A DNA stretch of 64,000 nucleotides, from assembly GCA_040386535.1 (NCBI GenBank), contig JAZKFH010000047.1:94984-158983 (forward strand), in the 5' to 3' direction. The stretch's first letter is position 1. Each line of letters begins with the position of its first letter. The notes under the pieces were generated by a model. It was not told where the DNA came from. It did not search any database and saw nothing but the letters and a program-made list of their open reading frames with translations. The translations under genes were made by a program, and so were the position numbers. This document shows positions 50,251 through 62,237 of the stretch, piece by piece. This DNA comes from Myxococcota bacterium. GTDB taxonomy: Bacteria; Myxococcota_A; UBA796; SXON01.

Positions 50251-51792
50251 CTATCCGATCCGCGCCATTCCCTGCGCAATCGCGGTCGCCAGCGCCATCG
50301 TCGTGAGGCTCGGGTTGACCCCCAACGACGTGGGAAACACCGAGCTGTCCGCGAGGTACAGCCCCTCGAGCGTGTGGGCGCGCCCGTCGGGACGGATGAC
50401 GCTCGTCGCGGGATCCAATCCCATGCGGCACGAGCTCATGGGGTGGGAGGCGTAGAGCATGAAGTCCTCCAGCGTGCGCCGCGAGAGCTGGTCCGCGAGG
50501 TCCTCGGCGGTCTGGGTGCGCGTCGTCCCGTGCACCGGCGCCATCAACGTGTGGGCCCCGCCCGCGAGGAGCACCTTGGCCGCCCAGTACATGCCCTTCT
50601 TGGTGCGCTCGATGTCCTCGTCGGAGAACTCGTAGCGGATGTCGGCGCGCCCGTCGGCGTGCGCGCCCACCGTGCCCTCGCCCTTGTCGGACACCATCAC
50701 GATGAGCCCACACAAATAGGGGAGCACCTCGATCGCCTTCTTCATCTCCGGGCCCGGCGGCGCGATGATGCCGAGACACACCTCCGGCGGCGCCGAGAAC
50801 GTGTGGGGGAGCACGCCGGGCAGCTCGTCGACATGGAAATACGCGCCCTGCGTGGCACCCTTCCACATCTCGATCGGCTCGTCGCAGATGCCCAGGACCG
50901 CGTTGCCGGGGTGCACGTGCAGGCCCTTTCCCACCGCGGGTCCCAACTGGGCGGCGATACCGGCGTGGTGTAACAAACGCGGCGTCCCGATTCCGCCCGC
51001 CGCGATCACCGTGCGCGCGGCCCGCACCCGCACCGCGCCGCCCGGCACGCGGGTGTCCGGGTGGAACATGCGGCCCGACACCCCTGTCACCCGGCCGCCC
51101 TCGACCAGCACCCTGTCCACCTTCGTGTCCGCCACGATGCGCGCGCCGGCGCGGGTGGCCTCCACCAGGAGGTTCAGGTTCATGCTCGCCTTGCCGCCGC
51201 TCGGACAACCAAAATAGCAGACCCCGCAGCCGACACACCCGGGCGTGGCTCGTGGCACGTACCCGCCCTCCAACCCCAGCGCGCGCACGCCGCGGACGAT
51301 GAGGTCGTTGTTCTTGCCGGCGATCTCGGGGCGGGTGGGCCACACGCCCAACAGCTCGGTGAGCTCGTCGAAGACCGGGGCGAGCACCTTGGCGCCGTAC
51401 CGCTCGTCTCCCAACAGCTCGACCCAGCCGTCCAGCACGTGGTCGGGCGTGCGCCACGCCATCGCGCTGTTCACCAACGTGCCGCCGCCCACGCCGCGCC
51501 CCGACGCGATCGGCATGTACGCGCGCCCGGCGGCCACCATCGCGCCGCCCTCCTGCATGTGGTAGCGCATCACGTCGCCCTGGTTCTTCGCGAACCGGCT
51601 CTCCGGTGGCCCCTCCTCGAGCAGCACCACCTTCGCGCCCGCCGCCGAGAGCACCCGGGCCACCGAGGCGCCGCCGGGCCCCGTCCCGACGATGACCACG
51701 TCACACTCGATGTCGCGATCGGCGGTCCCGAACCCCTCGGCCGCCGCGGGGGCGGCCGTGAACACGCCGTCGCCGGCCTTCCACGCGCTCAT
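50251..51792 (-). CDS. GMC family oxidoreductase (FAD subunit)
   Basis: VGTGPGG, GVGGGTLVN, CVGCGVCYFGCP, SHPMSSCRMG, PTSLGVNPSLT. Confidence 0.92.
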   Translation of the reverse strand: MSAWKAGDGVFTAAPAAAEGFGTADRDIECDVVIVGTGPGGASVARVLSAAGAKVVLLEEGPPESRFAKNQGDVMRYHMQEGGAMVAAGRAYMPIASGRGVGGGTLVNSAMAWRTPDHVLDGWVELLGDERYGAKVLAPVFDELTELLGVWPTRPEIAGKNNDLIVRGVRALGLEGGYVPRATPGCVGCGVCYFGCPSGGKASMNLNLLVEATRAGARIVADTKVDRVLVEGGRVTGVSGRMFHPDTRVPGGAVRVRAARTVIAAGGIGTPRLLHHAGIAAQLGPAVGKGLHVHPGNAVLGICDEPIEMWKGATQGAYFHVDELPGVLPHTFSAPPEVCLGIIAPPGPEMKKAIEVLPYLCGLIVMVSDKGEGTVGAHADGRADIRYEFSDEDIERTKKGMYWAAKVLLAGGAHTLMAPVHGTTRTQTAEDLADQLSRRTLEDFMLYASHPMSSCRMGLDPATSVIRPDGRAHTLEGLYLADSSVFPTSLGVNPSLTTMALATAIAQGMARIG

Positions 51793-52331
51793 GGGGACCC
51801 CAGGCGCCCGGGCAGGCCGCCCTGGTCGGCGAAACCGCAGCCGAACATCGGCGCGATGCGCGGGCGCACGTCCGGGTGTGCCATCCACGCCATCCCGACG
51901 AAGATGAAGAACGATTGGGCGAGCCCACGGATCTCCGGCCGGGTGCTGGCAAGCCAGGACGCCACCGCGTTGCTGGCGTCGGGGACAGGAAGATCGGTCA
52001 GGAAGCCGCCGTGGGTGGGGAGGGGCATCGCGTCGAGGGCGTGCAGGGCCAGCCGCAGGAGCTTCTGTTGCGCGGGGACGAGGCCTTCGAGCACGCCGTC
52101 GAAGTACCGCCCGACGCCCGCCGCGCCGCCGCCCATCGGCGGATCGCCGCCCGCGGGGAAGCAGGCCTCGGCGAACGCGTCGAGGATCGCGGCCTCGTCG
52201 GCCGAGAGCACGGCGTAGGGCGTGCCGTGGGGCTGGTCCCACCAGCGGTACGTCACCCCGCTGGCCCCCGCCACGACGGCGCCGCCGAGCAGGGTGGTGG
52301 CCAGCAGAACTTGACGTCGGGTGACCCGCAT
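51789..52331 (-). CDS. Gluconate 2-dehydrogenase subunit 3-like Tat protein
   Basis: TRRQVL twin-Arg; LSADEAAILDAFAEACFP; 4-bp overlap with the GMC gene. Confidence 0.75.
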   Translation of the reverse strand: MRVTRRQVLLATTLLGGAVVAGASGVTYRWWDQPHGTPYAVLSADEAAILDAFAEACFPAGGDPPMGGGAAGVGRYFDGVLEGLVPAQQKLLRLALHALDAMPLPTHGGFLTDLPVPDASNAVASWLASTRPEIRGLAQSFFIFVGMAWMAHPDVRPRIAPMFGCGFADQGGLPGRLGSP

Positions 52332-52360
52332 CGGGCCATCCTACCGGATAGATTGGAAAT

Positions 52361-53200
52361 GTGGAACGCACGCTCGACTTCCAGGACCATCGTCGCGACC
52401 TCGGTGACAACCGCTACATCTACGCGGTCGTGTCGCGGCGGGCGCGCGGGCTCTCCATCGGGGTCAACCTCAACCCCGACAAGGTGTGCAACTTCGACTG
52501 TCCCTATTGCCAGGTCGACCGCACGGTCCCCGGCGGCCCGTCCGCCATCGATCTGGACGTGCTCGACGCCGAGCTCTCCCGCCTCCTCGGCTGGGTGCGG
52601 GACGGCTCGTTGTGGGAGCACCCGCCCTTCCACACCGTGGCGCCCGCGCTCCGCCGCGTGGCCGACATCGCGTTCGCGGGGGACGGCGAGCCCACCACCC
52701 CCGCCGCCTTCCCCGGCGCCGTGGCGCGCGTGCGTGCGGCGCGTGACCGCTTCGGGCTCGACGTGCCCGTGCGCCTCCTCACCAACGCCACCATGTTGCA
52801 CCGCGAACGTGTCAAGGCCGCGCTCCCCCTGGTTGACGAGGTGTGGGGCAAGTTGGACGCCGGCACAGAGGCCTGGTACCGCCGTGTCGACGGCACGACC
52901 TTTCCTTTCTCGCGCGTGTTGTCCAACCTCGCCGAGACCGCGGCGGTGCGCCCCCTCGTGATCCAGAGCATGTTCTGCACCTTGGGCGGCGAGGGCCCCA
53001 CGAACGCCGAGATCGACGCCTGGGTGGCCCGCCTCGCCGCCATCGCGGCGGGTGGCACCATCGACCACGTGCAGATCTACACCGTGGCACGCAAGCCTTC
53101 CGATGCCACGGTCGGCTCCCTCTCCACCGCGCGGTTGGAGGAGATCGCGGTCCGGGCGCGGGCGGTCGGCGTGCAAGCGGAGTCGTACGGCGGGGTGTGA
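52361..53200 (+). CDS. Radical SAM protein
   Basis: SRR..GLSIGVNL..CNFDCPYC; GDGEPT; LLTNAT; KLDAG. Confidence 0.92.
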   Translation: MERTLDFQDHRRDLGDNRYIYAVVSRRARGLSIGVNLNPDKVCNFDCPYCQVDRTVPGGPSAIDLDVLDAELSRLLGWVRDGSLWEHPPFHTVAPALRRVADIAFAGDGEPTTPAAFPGAVARVRAARDRFGLDVPVRLLTNATMLHRERVKAALPLVDEVWGKLDAGTEAWYRRVDGTTFPFSRVLSNLAETAAVRPLVIQSMFCTLGGEGPTNAEIDAWVARLAAIAAGGTIDHVQIYTVARKPSDATVGSLSTARLEEIAVRARAVGVQAESYGGV

Positions 53201-53250
53201 GGGCCCTTCCCTCGCCGGGCGCGTGGCCGCCCCACACGATAACCCTGCGC

Positions 53251-53766
53251 ATGCCCCTCGAACGCTACGGCGCCTTCTCTCCCCAGATCGACCCCACCGC
53301 CTACGTGCACGCCAGCGCCCACCTGCTCGGCGATGTCACGCTCGGCAGCAACGTCAGCGTGTGGCCCGGCGTCGTGCTCCGCGGCGACCAGGGTGCCATC
53401 CGCATCGGCGCGGACTCCAACCTCCAGGATCTGACCTGCGCCCACGCCACGGGCGGCTTCTCCACGGTGACCGTCGGCCAACGTGTCACGGTGGGCCACC
53501 GTGTCATCCTGCACGGCTGCACCGTCGAGGACGATTGCCTGATTGGCATGGGCAGCATCCTGCTCGACAACTGTCACATCGAGCCCTGGTGTGTCATCGG
53601 CGCCGGCGCGGTGATCCCCGTCGGCATGCGCATCCCCACCGGCTCCCTCGTGCTCGGCACCCCGGGCCGGGTGGTGCGGCAGCTCCGCGAGCGTGACATC
53701 GAGCAGATCAAGGGCGGAAAGGTGGCCTATCTCGAGCTCGCCGCGAAGTATCGGGCGCAGGGGTAG
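53251..53766 (+). CDS. Gamma carbonic anhydrase family (hexapeptide repeat) protein
   Basis: VLRGD, SNLQD, TVGH..ILHGC, LIGMG motifs. Confidence 0.93.
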   Translation: MPLERYGAFSPQIDPTAYVHASAHLLGDVTLGSNVSVWPGVVLRGDQGAIRIGADSNLQDLTCAHATGGFSTVTVGQRVTVGHRVILHGCTVEDDCLIGMGSILLDNCHIEPWCVIGAGAVIPVGMRIPTGSLVLGTPGRVVRQLRERDIEQIKGGKVAYLELAAKYRAQG

Positions 53767-53769
53767 GGC

Positions 53770-54225
53770 ATGATCACCGTCCGCCACCCCCTCTACGCCT
53801 CGCCCGATCGGGGTATCGCCCTCGCGGCGAGCATCCTCGCCACACACGGGTTCCGTGTCACCCCGTCCGATATTACCGTGCACGCCGTGGGCCCCAGCCT
53901 CAACAGCAACAAGGAGAACCCGCTCCGCGGCGCGGGGACCGTGTTGCTCGTCTTCGCCGACGGCGCGGTCGAGGGCACCGCCGACCTCGCGGGCACGCGG
54001 CGGCTCTGTTTGTTCATCCGCGTGTTTCCGCCCCTGCTGGTGGGATTCCTGTCCATCTTCTTCTTCTTCGCCAACGGCTTGCGCTCCGGGGTCCAAGCCG
54101 CGTGCGGCTTGGCCCCCATGCTCCTGGTCTGGCTGATCGTCGGCCCGCTGCTGGCGGGGTGGATCCGGTCCCGCTCCGAGGCGGCGTTCCGCACGTTCGT
54201 CGCGAATGTGGCGGTGGCGCGGTAG
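53770..54225 (+). CDS. Hypothetical membrane protein
   Basis: ATG 3 bp after the upstream stop; two C-terminal TM helices. Confidence 0.65.
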   Translation: MITVRHPLYASPDRGIALAASILATHGFRVTPSDITVHAVGPSLNSNKENPLRGAGTVLLVFADGAVEGTADLAGTRRLCLFIRVFPPLLVGFLSIFFFFANGLRSGVQAACGLAPMLLVWLIVGPLLAGWIRSRSEAAFRTFVANVAVAR

Positions 54226-54420
54226 CGTGAGAGTTGGGCGCCCCCCGCCCGGGGCCAGCGCGCTGGCGCGCGCGCTGTCTCCGGGCGGGTCGGTCCCGTG
54301 CGGGGGGCGGCCTTCGGCCTCCGCTGGCGGGGCCGGTCGCCTCGCGGCGCCCGGCGGCGCCGAGCCGGCCGCGCCCGCGCGGCCGCCCCTCCCGGCACCT
54401 GGCGCGGCGTGGTGTGGCGT

Positions 54421-54867
54421 CTACCGGGTGAGGTTCGTCGCGCGGCCGATGTCGGCGTATTCGGCCTGATCGAACCGGAAGGCGTCGGCCGTTGCCACGG
54501 CGGGATCGGTCACGACCGCGAGGTTGATGACGAACTCGCGGCCACCGCGCTCGACCGGCTGGCCCACGAGGCGCCCGCCGAGGATGACGTGAGGGGCGGG
54601 CCGGCCGTTCCAGACCAGCGGCGTGTCGACCGTGAACAAGAGGTACTGCCCAGTGTCGGCGCCACGGAGCTCGCGCACGAACGTGCAATCGATCGGCAAC
54701 TGTCCCTGGAGCTCGGGAGAGCCTCCGTCGAGATGGTCGATCCGGACGCGGAACGGGCGTTATAGTTGGTTCGCCTCGGTCTTGGCCACGTTCGTCTCCA
54801 CGCGAGCGCAGCCCGAGGTGATCACGACCCCGAACAGCGCGCACATCCGACGTAGCGGCCCCCTCAT
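54421..54867 (-). pseudogene. Lipoprotein gene interrupted by an in-frame TAA at codon 36
   Basis: ATGA-coupled start; LFGVVITSG-C lipobox; TAA at 54762-54760; frame continues for 112 codons. Confidence 0.65.
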
Positions 54868-55304
54868 CGTGCATAAAGGTGGGCTATCGCTTCCCCGTCA
54901 GGCTCCTCGACGGTGAGCGCCGCGAGAGACTCCACAAATGTGTCCAGCATCGCCGGCTCGAACGGAAACGAGAGCGTCACGGACTCCGTCGGCGTCGCCT
55001 CCCGGTGCTCCAGGTACACGCAGGCCCTGAGGTGTCCAGCCGCGTCGGCGCACGCGAGACGCACCCGTGCGCCCCCACCCGATCGGCCTGCCTCGAAACT
55101 GCCAAGCTCGAATTCCCGAACGTCCCCCGGCCACGTGGGGAATCCTCGAAGGCGGTTGCGGAGCTCCTCGAGGCCGCTACGCGTGTCGTAACAGTCCGTG
55201 GTTCCGTAGAACCCTCCGTTCCACGCGACGATGCGGAGCTCGAGGAGGTCGTCGTCGTAGTAGATGACTGATATCCGGAGGCCCAGGGTCGTCGCGTTGC
55301 TCAT
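54864..55304 (-). CDS. Hypothetical protein (146 aa, immunity-protein-like size and composition)
   Basis: MSNATTLGLRISVIYYDDDLLELRI...; globular-looking ORF with lower GC. Confidence 0.7.
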   Translation of the reverse strand: MSNATTLGLRISVIYYDDDLLELRIVAWNGGFYGTTDCYDTRSGLEELRNRLRGFPTWPGDVREFELGSFEAGRSGGGARVRLACADAAGHLRACVYLEHREATPTESVTLSFPFEPAMLDTFVESLAALTVEEPDGEAIAHLYAR

Positions 55305-55429
55305 CGTATCTGCATTGTAGCGCCCCAGCGTCAGGCGACACGCGCCCCAGCACCCAAATGTAGAATGTTGAGGATGCGCCGAGGAAGCCGGAGCAGGGGA
55401 GAGGCTCCAGCGCGGAAACTGGGCCCCCC

Positions 55430-55854
55430 CGGACGAAATCCGCCCACCTGTTCGACAGGTCCCGCGACTGGGTGTGATCGGTTTCAGTCGGTCCTTGCCG
55501 AGCCATCGTGTTCGGTCGGCACCGAGGATCGCGGGCAGGACCGCAGTCGGCCGATGACCGAGCATCTCTCGACTGCGGTCCGCCTGGGAGGACCGCGGTC
55601 GGCCGATGACCGAGCATCTCTCGACTCCGGTCCGCGAGTCGGGATTGGCGCTGGCCGGCCGACCGAAGTGGATCACACCCCCCGCGACTTCGTGCGGCAG
55701 GCGGACGAAACCCGCCCACCTGTTCGACAGGTCCCGCGACTTCGTCCGGCAGGCGGACGAAACCCGCCCACCTGTTCGACAGGTCCCGCGACTTCGTCCG
55801 GCAGGCGGACGAAACCCGTCTACCTGTTCGACAGGTCCCCCGACTTCGTCCGGC
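55430..55854. repeat. Array of four 52-bp hairpin-forming units interrupted by a MITE
   Basis: CGGACGAAACCCGCCCACCTGTTCGACAGGTCCCGCGACTTCGTCCGGCAGG repeated. Confidence 0.9.
55470..55680. mobile_element. 211-bp MITE with terminal inverted repeats and 9-bp target-site duplication
   Basis: GGGTGTGATC...GATCACACCC ends; CCCGCGACT at 55461-55469 and 55681-55689. Confidence 0.8.
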
Positions 55855-56407
55855 GATCCGGGAGGCAGACGAGCGACGCCCTCCGTCGCGTCCGCCGGCT
55901 CATGGAGGCCGTGCGCGGGCATCGAGCGCTACGGTCCGCCAGAGCAGCGGCTCCGTCGATGTCCGCGCGTCGCAAGCACCTGCACGGTTCGGAGGGAGGG
56001 GAGGCCGTGTGACCGGCCCTCCCTGCCCCTATCGGGATGCGCCCCGGACCTGGGTCGGCGCGAGGCGAATCTACTGCGCGTGCACCGCGAAGGGCGTGAG
56101 GAACAGCCCGTCGTCTTCGCGGCCCGCCCACAGGCCGTGCCGGTGGACACGGTCAGCGGTGGCCCGTCCGCGGAGGTGCATCCGTCGGATAAGGCGAGGA
56201 GGCGGCCCTCCGCGAGGTCCCCCGCGGCCTGGCGCCGCCGGGGGTCGACGGCGCCCAGGCCGCGCAGCCGCCGACGAGCAGGCCGTCGGTGCCGAGGCTG
56301 ACCGGGGCGCCGGCGAGCCCGCGGGTCAGCTCGCCCCGCCACAAGCCGGAGGGCGCACCGGAACCCATATCTCTGGATAGCGACTGGTTCGCGAGGGTGC
56401 CGCTCCG

Positions 56408-56504
56408 CGGCCATGAAGGCGGGATCATTCTGGATGATCGCAGATGTTGGCCGCCACACGGTCATGGAGGCGGGATCATTTCGGATGATCGCCGATCTGG
56501 CCGC
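56408..56504. repeat. Two imperfect 51-bp direct repeats, each with a GATCAT-N5-ATGATC dyad
   Basis: CGGYCATGRAGGCGGGATCATTYYGGATGATCGC twice. Confidence 0.75.
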
Positions 56505-56671
56505 TCTGCCGCCACGCGTAGGGACCCCGGCTCCGTCGGGTTGGGCCGTCCGCGCCGCAATGCGGGGCACGGGCGCAGCGCAGGGCGTGGTACGCGCGAA
56601 GGGCGTGACGCTTCGCCGTGCGGTAGCGGCTACGCCGCGCGGCCACACCGGCAGGCGCTGCCTGCGCGCCA

Positions 56672-57166
56672 GGGCGCGCCTCGGTCGCCGCCGGTCGCGC
56701 CTGGGTCGCCGCGGGCCGCGCCTCGGTCGCCGCGTGGCGCGCCCCGGTCGCCGCGGTCGCGCCTCGGTCGCCGCCGGTCGCGCCTCCGTCGCCGCGCGGC
56801 GCGCCTGGGTCGCCGCCGGTCGCGCCTCCGTCGCCGCGGGCCGCGCCTCGGTCGCCGCCGGTCGCGCCTCGGTCGCAGCGGGCCGCGCCTCGGTCGCCGC
56901 TTGGCGCGCCTCGGTCGCCGCGGTCGCGCCTCGGTCGCCGCGTGGCGCGCCTCGGTCGCCGCGGGCGCGCCTCGGTCCAGCGGGCCGCGCCTCGGTCGCA
57001 GCGGGCCGCGCCTGGGTCGCCGCGTGGCGCGCCTCGGTCGCCGCGGGCCGCGCCTGGGTCGCCGCGTGGCGCGCCTCGGTCGCCGCGGGCGCGCCTCGGT
57101 CGCAGCGGGCCGCGCCTCCGTTGCCGCCGGTCGCGCCTCCGTCGCCGCGTGGCGCGCCTCGGTCGA
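56672..57166. repeat. GC-rich degenerate minisatellite (~21-bp CGCGCCTCGGTCGCCGC core, >20 copies)
   Basis: Directly visible; variable unit length breaks any single reading frame. Confidence 0.9.
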
Positions 57167-57432
57167 CGCTGTGCCCACGGAGCCGCCACCCGCTCGAGAG
57201 GCCGTGTCGGGTGTCACACGGCCCCGCCCTCCCGCACCCGCCGTCGCCGCGGATGATCGCGATGCCCACCACCCCGCCCCCGCCCCGCCTGCACCCGCGC
57301 GAGGCGCCTGGAGGGCGGCCGGTCCGCCGGCCGGTCCGGCGCGGCCGCCGCGGGCGCGCCGGCCGAGCGGAGCGAGCCCGCAAGGGGCCGGCCCTGGCGT
57401 CCTCGCCGGGGACGCGCCCGGAAGCCGCGTCG

Positions 57433-58572
57433 TCACTCCATCCGCACGCCGTCCAGGTACACGGCCGTGGCCGAAGCGAGCACGAGCGGGTCGACGAGCG
57501 GGTCGGACGGGAGCACGAGCAGGCTGGCGGCCTTGCCGGGGGCGATGGCGCCGAGATCGGTGAAGCCCCAGAACGTAGCGGGCGTCGAGGTCGTGGCGGC
57601 GAGGACCTCCGCGGGGGAGAGGCCCGCCTCGACGAGCAGGGCGAGCTCGCGGGCGTCCACGCCGGGGGTGCGGCTGTTGCCGAAGTCGGTGCCGTACAGG
57701 ACGGTGGCGCCAGCGGCGTCGAGCGCGGCGAGGTTGGCGACGGTGGCGTCGCCGCCGCCGAACGCGGCGAGGGTGGTGATGACGGCGCGGCCGCTCCACG
57801 CGGTCAGGCTCGCGTCGGAGAGCGGCGAGACGGGGGTGTGGGCGAGCACGTCTACGCCCGCGTCGGCGGCGGCGAGGGCGTCGGCGTCGCCCAGGGCGTG
57901 GGAGACGACGAAGATGCCGAGCGAATGCGCGCGCGTGACGACCGCGGCGGCGACGTCGGACTCCAGCTGCGGCCCGGACGTGATCGGGAGCTTGATGACG
58001 CGGGCGCCGAGATCGTAGAGGGTGCCGACGGCGTCCGTGCCCTCGGTGGCGGAGGTCACCTCCAGGCCGTAGCCGTTCCGGCCCCAGCCCTCGGTCGGGT
58101 AGCCGCTCGCCGCCGTGATCATCGGGCCCGAGGCCACCACGCGGAGCGGGGCGTGGTCCGTCGCGAGCCAGGACGTTGGCGCCGCGAGGTCGACCACCGC
58201 GGCCACGCCGCCCTGGGCCATCGCGTCGCCCTCGGGGAGGTAGGCGAGGTGCACGTGGCTGTCGATGACGGCGGGGGTGAGCCACGCGCCGGTCACGTCG
58301 ACGGTGGGCACGCCCGCGGGGGCCACGCCGACCGACACGATGCGGCCCTGGTCGATCTCCACGTCGGCGCGGCCGACGCCCACCACGGTGCCGCCGGCGA
58401 GGACGAAGTGGGCGGACGCGGGGGCCACGCAGCCGGTGCCGAGCGCGAGCGTGGGGGAGAGGAAGCCGCCAGCGCTCTCGTCGGCGGTGCCGGTCTCGAG
58501 GGGGTCCGAGGCGTGCCGCAGGCCACAGGCGGAGAGCGTGGAGAGGAGCGCGAGGACGGAGAGGTGCCGCAT
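57433..58572 (-). CDS. Amidohydrolase family lipoprotein
   Basis: LSA-C; PAVIDSHVHL, IKL, SHA, LAH, GTDFG, GAIAPGKAASLLVL..DPL. Confidence 0.88.
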   Translation of the reverse strand: MRHLSVLALLSTLSACGLRHASDPLETGTADESAGGFLSPTLALGTGCVAPASAHFVLAGGTVVGVGRADVEIDQGRIVSVGVAPAGVPTVDVTGAWLTPAVIDSHVHLAYLPEGDAMAQGGVAAVVDLAAPTSWLATDHAPLRVVASGPMITAASGYPTEGWGRNGYGLEVTSATEGTDAVGTLYDLGARVIKLPITSGPQLESDVAAAVVTRAHSLGIFVVSHALGDADALAAADAGVDVLAHTPVSPLSDASLTAWSGRAVITTLAAFGGGDATVANLAALDAAGATVLYGTDFGNSRTPGVDARELALLVEAGLSPAEVLAATTSTPATFWGFTDLGAIAPGKAASLLVLPSDPLVDPLVLASATAVYLDGVRME

Positions 58573-58657
58573 GCAAGGCATACGGAGGGCGCCGCGCGGA
58601 GGATCACCGCCGCGGGCGCCGAACCTCCGTTCTCGCCGCCCGTGGTACCGTGCGGGC

Positions 58658-59377
58658 ATGCGCACGCTCCTCCTCGTGGTGTTGCTCCTCCCGTTCGCCG
58701 CCCACGCCAAGAAGCCCGCGCCGCCCGTGCCCCCGGCGTGGAAGTGTGGGGAGGAGGCGTCCGAGGACTACGGCACGGGGTTCACGGCGCTGAACGCCGG
58801 CAAGGGCGACGAGGCCGCCACCGCCTTCGCCGCGGTGCTCGCCAAGGAGCCGAATTGCGGGCTCGCGCTGCTCGGCCAGGGGCGCGCGCTGCTGGTCGCG
58901 GGAAAGGCGAAGGAGGCCGAGGTGCCGCTGACGTTGGCGTCGACGGTGTTCGCCGACAAGATCGAGGTGTTCGTGTGGCTCGGCCGCGCGAAGATCGCCG
59001 CCGGGGACGACGAGGGCGCGCTCGCCGCCGCCCGCGCCGCCATCGTGCTCAAGCCCAACAACGTGGACGCCCAGCGCGTCGCCCAGGACGCCCTGCTCCA
59101 CAAGGGAGACCTCGTGGGCGCCCGCACCTCGCTCGACGCCGCCAAGGCCACCTCGAACGTCGTGACCTGGTACTGCTTGGAGGGGATGATCGCGGTGACC
59201 GAGGGGAACGTGCCGAAGGCGCAGGAGCTGCTGGTCCAGTGCCAGGGCGTGCCGGACCCGACCGTCTACGATGCGCTCGCTGCGCGGATCGCAGCGGCGC
59301 CGCCTCCCGCCCCGCCCGCGCCGCCGCCTGTCGTCGCGCCGGCCCCCGCGCCCGCACCCGCGAAGAAGCCGAAGTAG
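58658..59377 (+). CDS. Secreted tetratricopeptide repeat protein
   Basis: Signal peptide ..AAHA; TPR-like helices; Pro/Ala tail. Confidence 0.8.
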   Translation: MRTLLLVVLLLPFAAHAKKPAPPVPPAWKCGEEASEDYGTGFTALNAGKGDEAATAFAAVLAKEPNCGLALLGQGRALLVAGKAKEAEVPLTLASTVFADKIEVFVWLGRAKIAAGDDEGALAAARAAIVLKPNNVDAQRVAQDALLHKGDLVGARTSLDAAKATSNVVTWYCLEGMIAVTEGNVPKAQELLVQCQGVPDPTVYDALAARIAAAPPPAPPAPPPVVAPAPAPAPAKKPK

Positions 59378-59506
59378 CGGCCGCCACCGCTGCCGGAGCG
59401 CGCGCCCGGACCGCCCCGGAGCGTCGTGGCGCATGCGCCGTGCCCGTCGATCGCCGGCTGCACGTGTTAGACCTGCGCGCGCTCAGCACCTGCGCCCGGA
59501 GGCACC

Positions 59507-61699
<2,193 letters not shown>

Positions 61700-61713
61700 T
61701 CGGGACACCGGGG

Positions 61714-62214
61714 GTGACGATCCGGCTCGCCCAGATGGGCGAGCTGGTCGTGCTGCCGGAGATCGAACGGTCGGCTTCCCGCGCGTTCGACACGCTCCTG
61801 CCCGGGCTGGCTTCGGTCACGCCGGCGGAGGGGTGGCGTGCGGCGTGGGCGGCGGGGACGTTGTGGGTGATCGAGGGGGAAGGCGAGCTGGTGGGCTTTC
61901 TCGGCGCCGAGGTGGTGGCCTCGGGAGGATCGCGAGGGCTGCACGTTCTCGAATTCGACGTGCGGTTGGAGTGGCAGGGGCGAGGACTCGGGCGGGCGCT
62001 GTTGTTGCACGTGCTCGATTGGGCGCGGCGCGAGGGGATGACATTTGTCAGCCTCACGACGTTCCGTGGGGTGCGGTGGAACGGGCCGTTCTATGCGTCG
62101 GTGGGGTTTCGGGAGGTGGCATCCGGGACGTCGCCGCGGTTGGACGGGATCGTGGCGGCAGAGGTGGGGAAGGGGTTGTCCGATCGGTGTGGGATGGTTT
62201 TGGGGTTGGGGTGA
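61714..62214 (+). CDS. GNAT family N-acetyltransferase
   Basis: QGRGLGRALL; LTTFRGVRWNGPFY. Confidence 0.88.
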   Translation: MTIRLAQMGELVVLPEIERSASRAFDTLLPGLASVTPAEGWRAAWAAGTLWVIEGEGELVGFLGAEVVASGGSRGLHVLEFDVRLEWQGRGLGRALLLHVLDWARREGMTFVSLTTFRGVRWNGPFYASVGFREVASGTSPRLDGIVAAEVGKGLSDRCGMVLGLG

Positions 62215-62237
62215 GCCGAGGAAGGGCGGAGGCTGGG

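Noticed and set aside
54750..54770. Integron attC core (GGCGTTATAG)
   Set aside because: No matching RYYYAAC inverse core, no integrase, and it lies inside the interrupted lipoprotein frame
55430..55854. CRISPR array
   Set aside because: The units are contiguous near-identical 52-mers with no unique spacers, and there are no cas genes in the window
56060..56400. Degraded small gene on the minus strand
   Set aside because: Only short protein-like fragments in different frames; no recognisable family
55929..57383. ATEARPA-repeat protein on the minus strand
   Set aside because: Repeat units vary in length and shift frame; no RBS or start support
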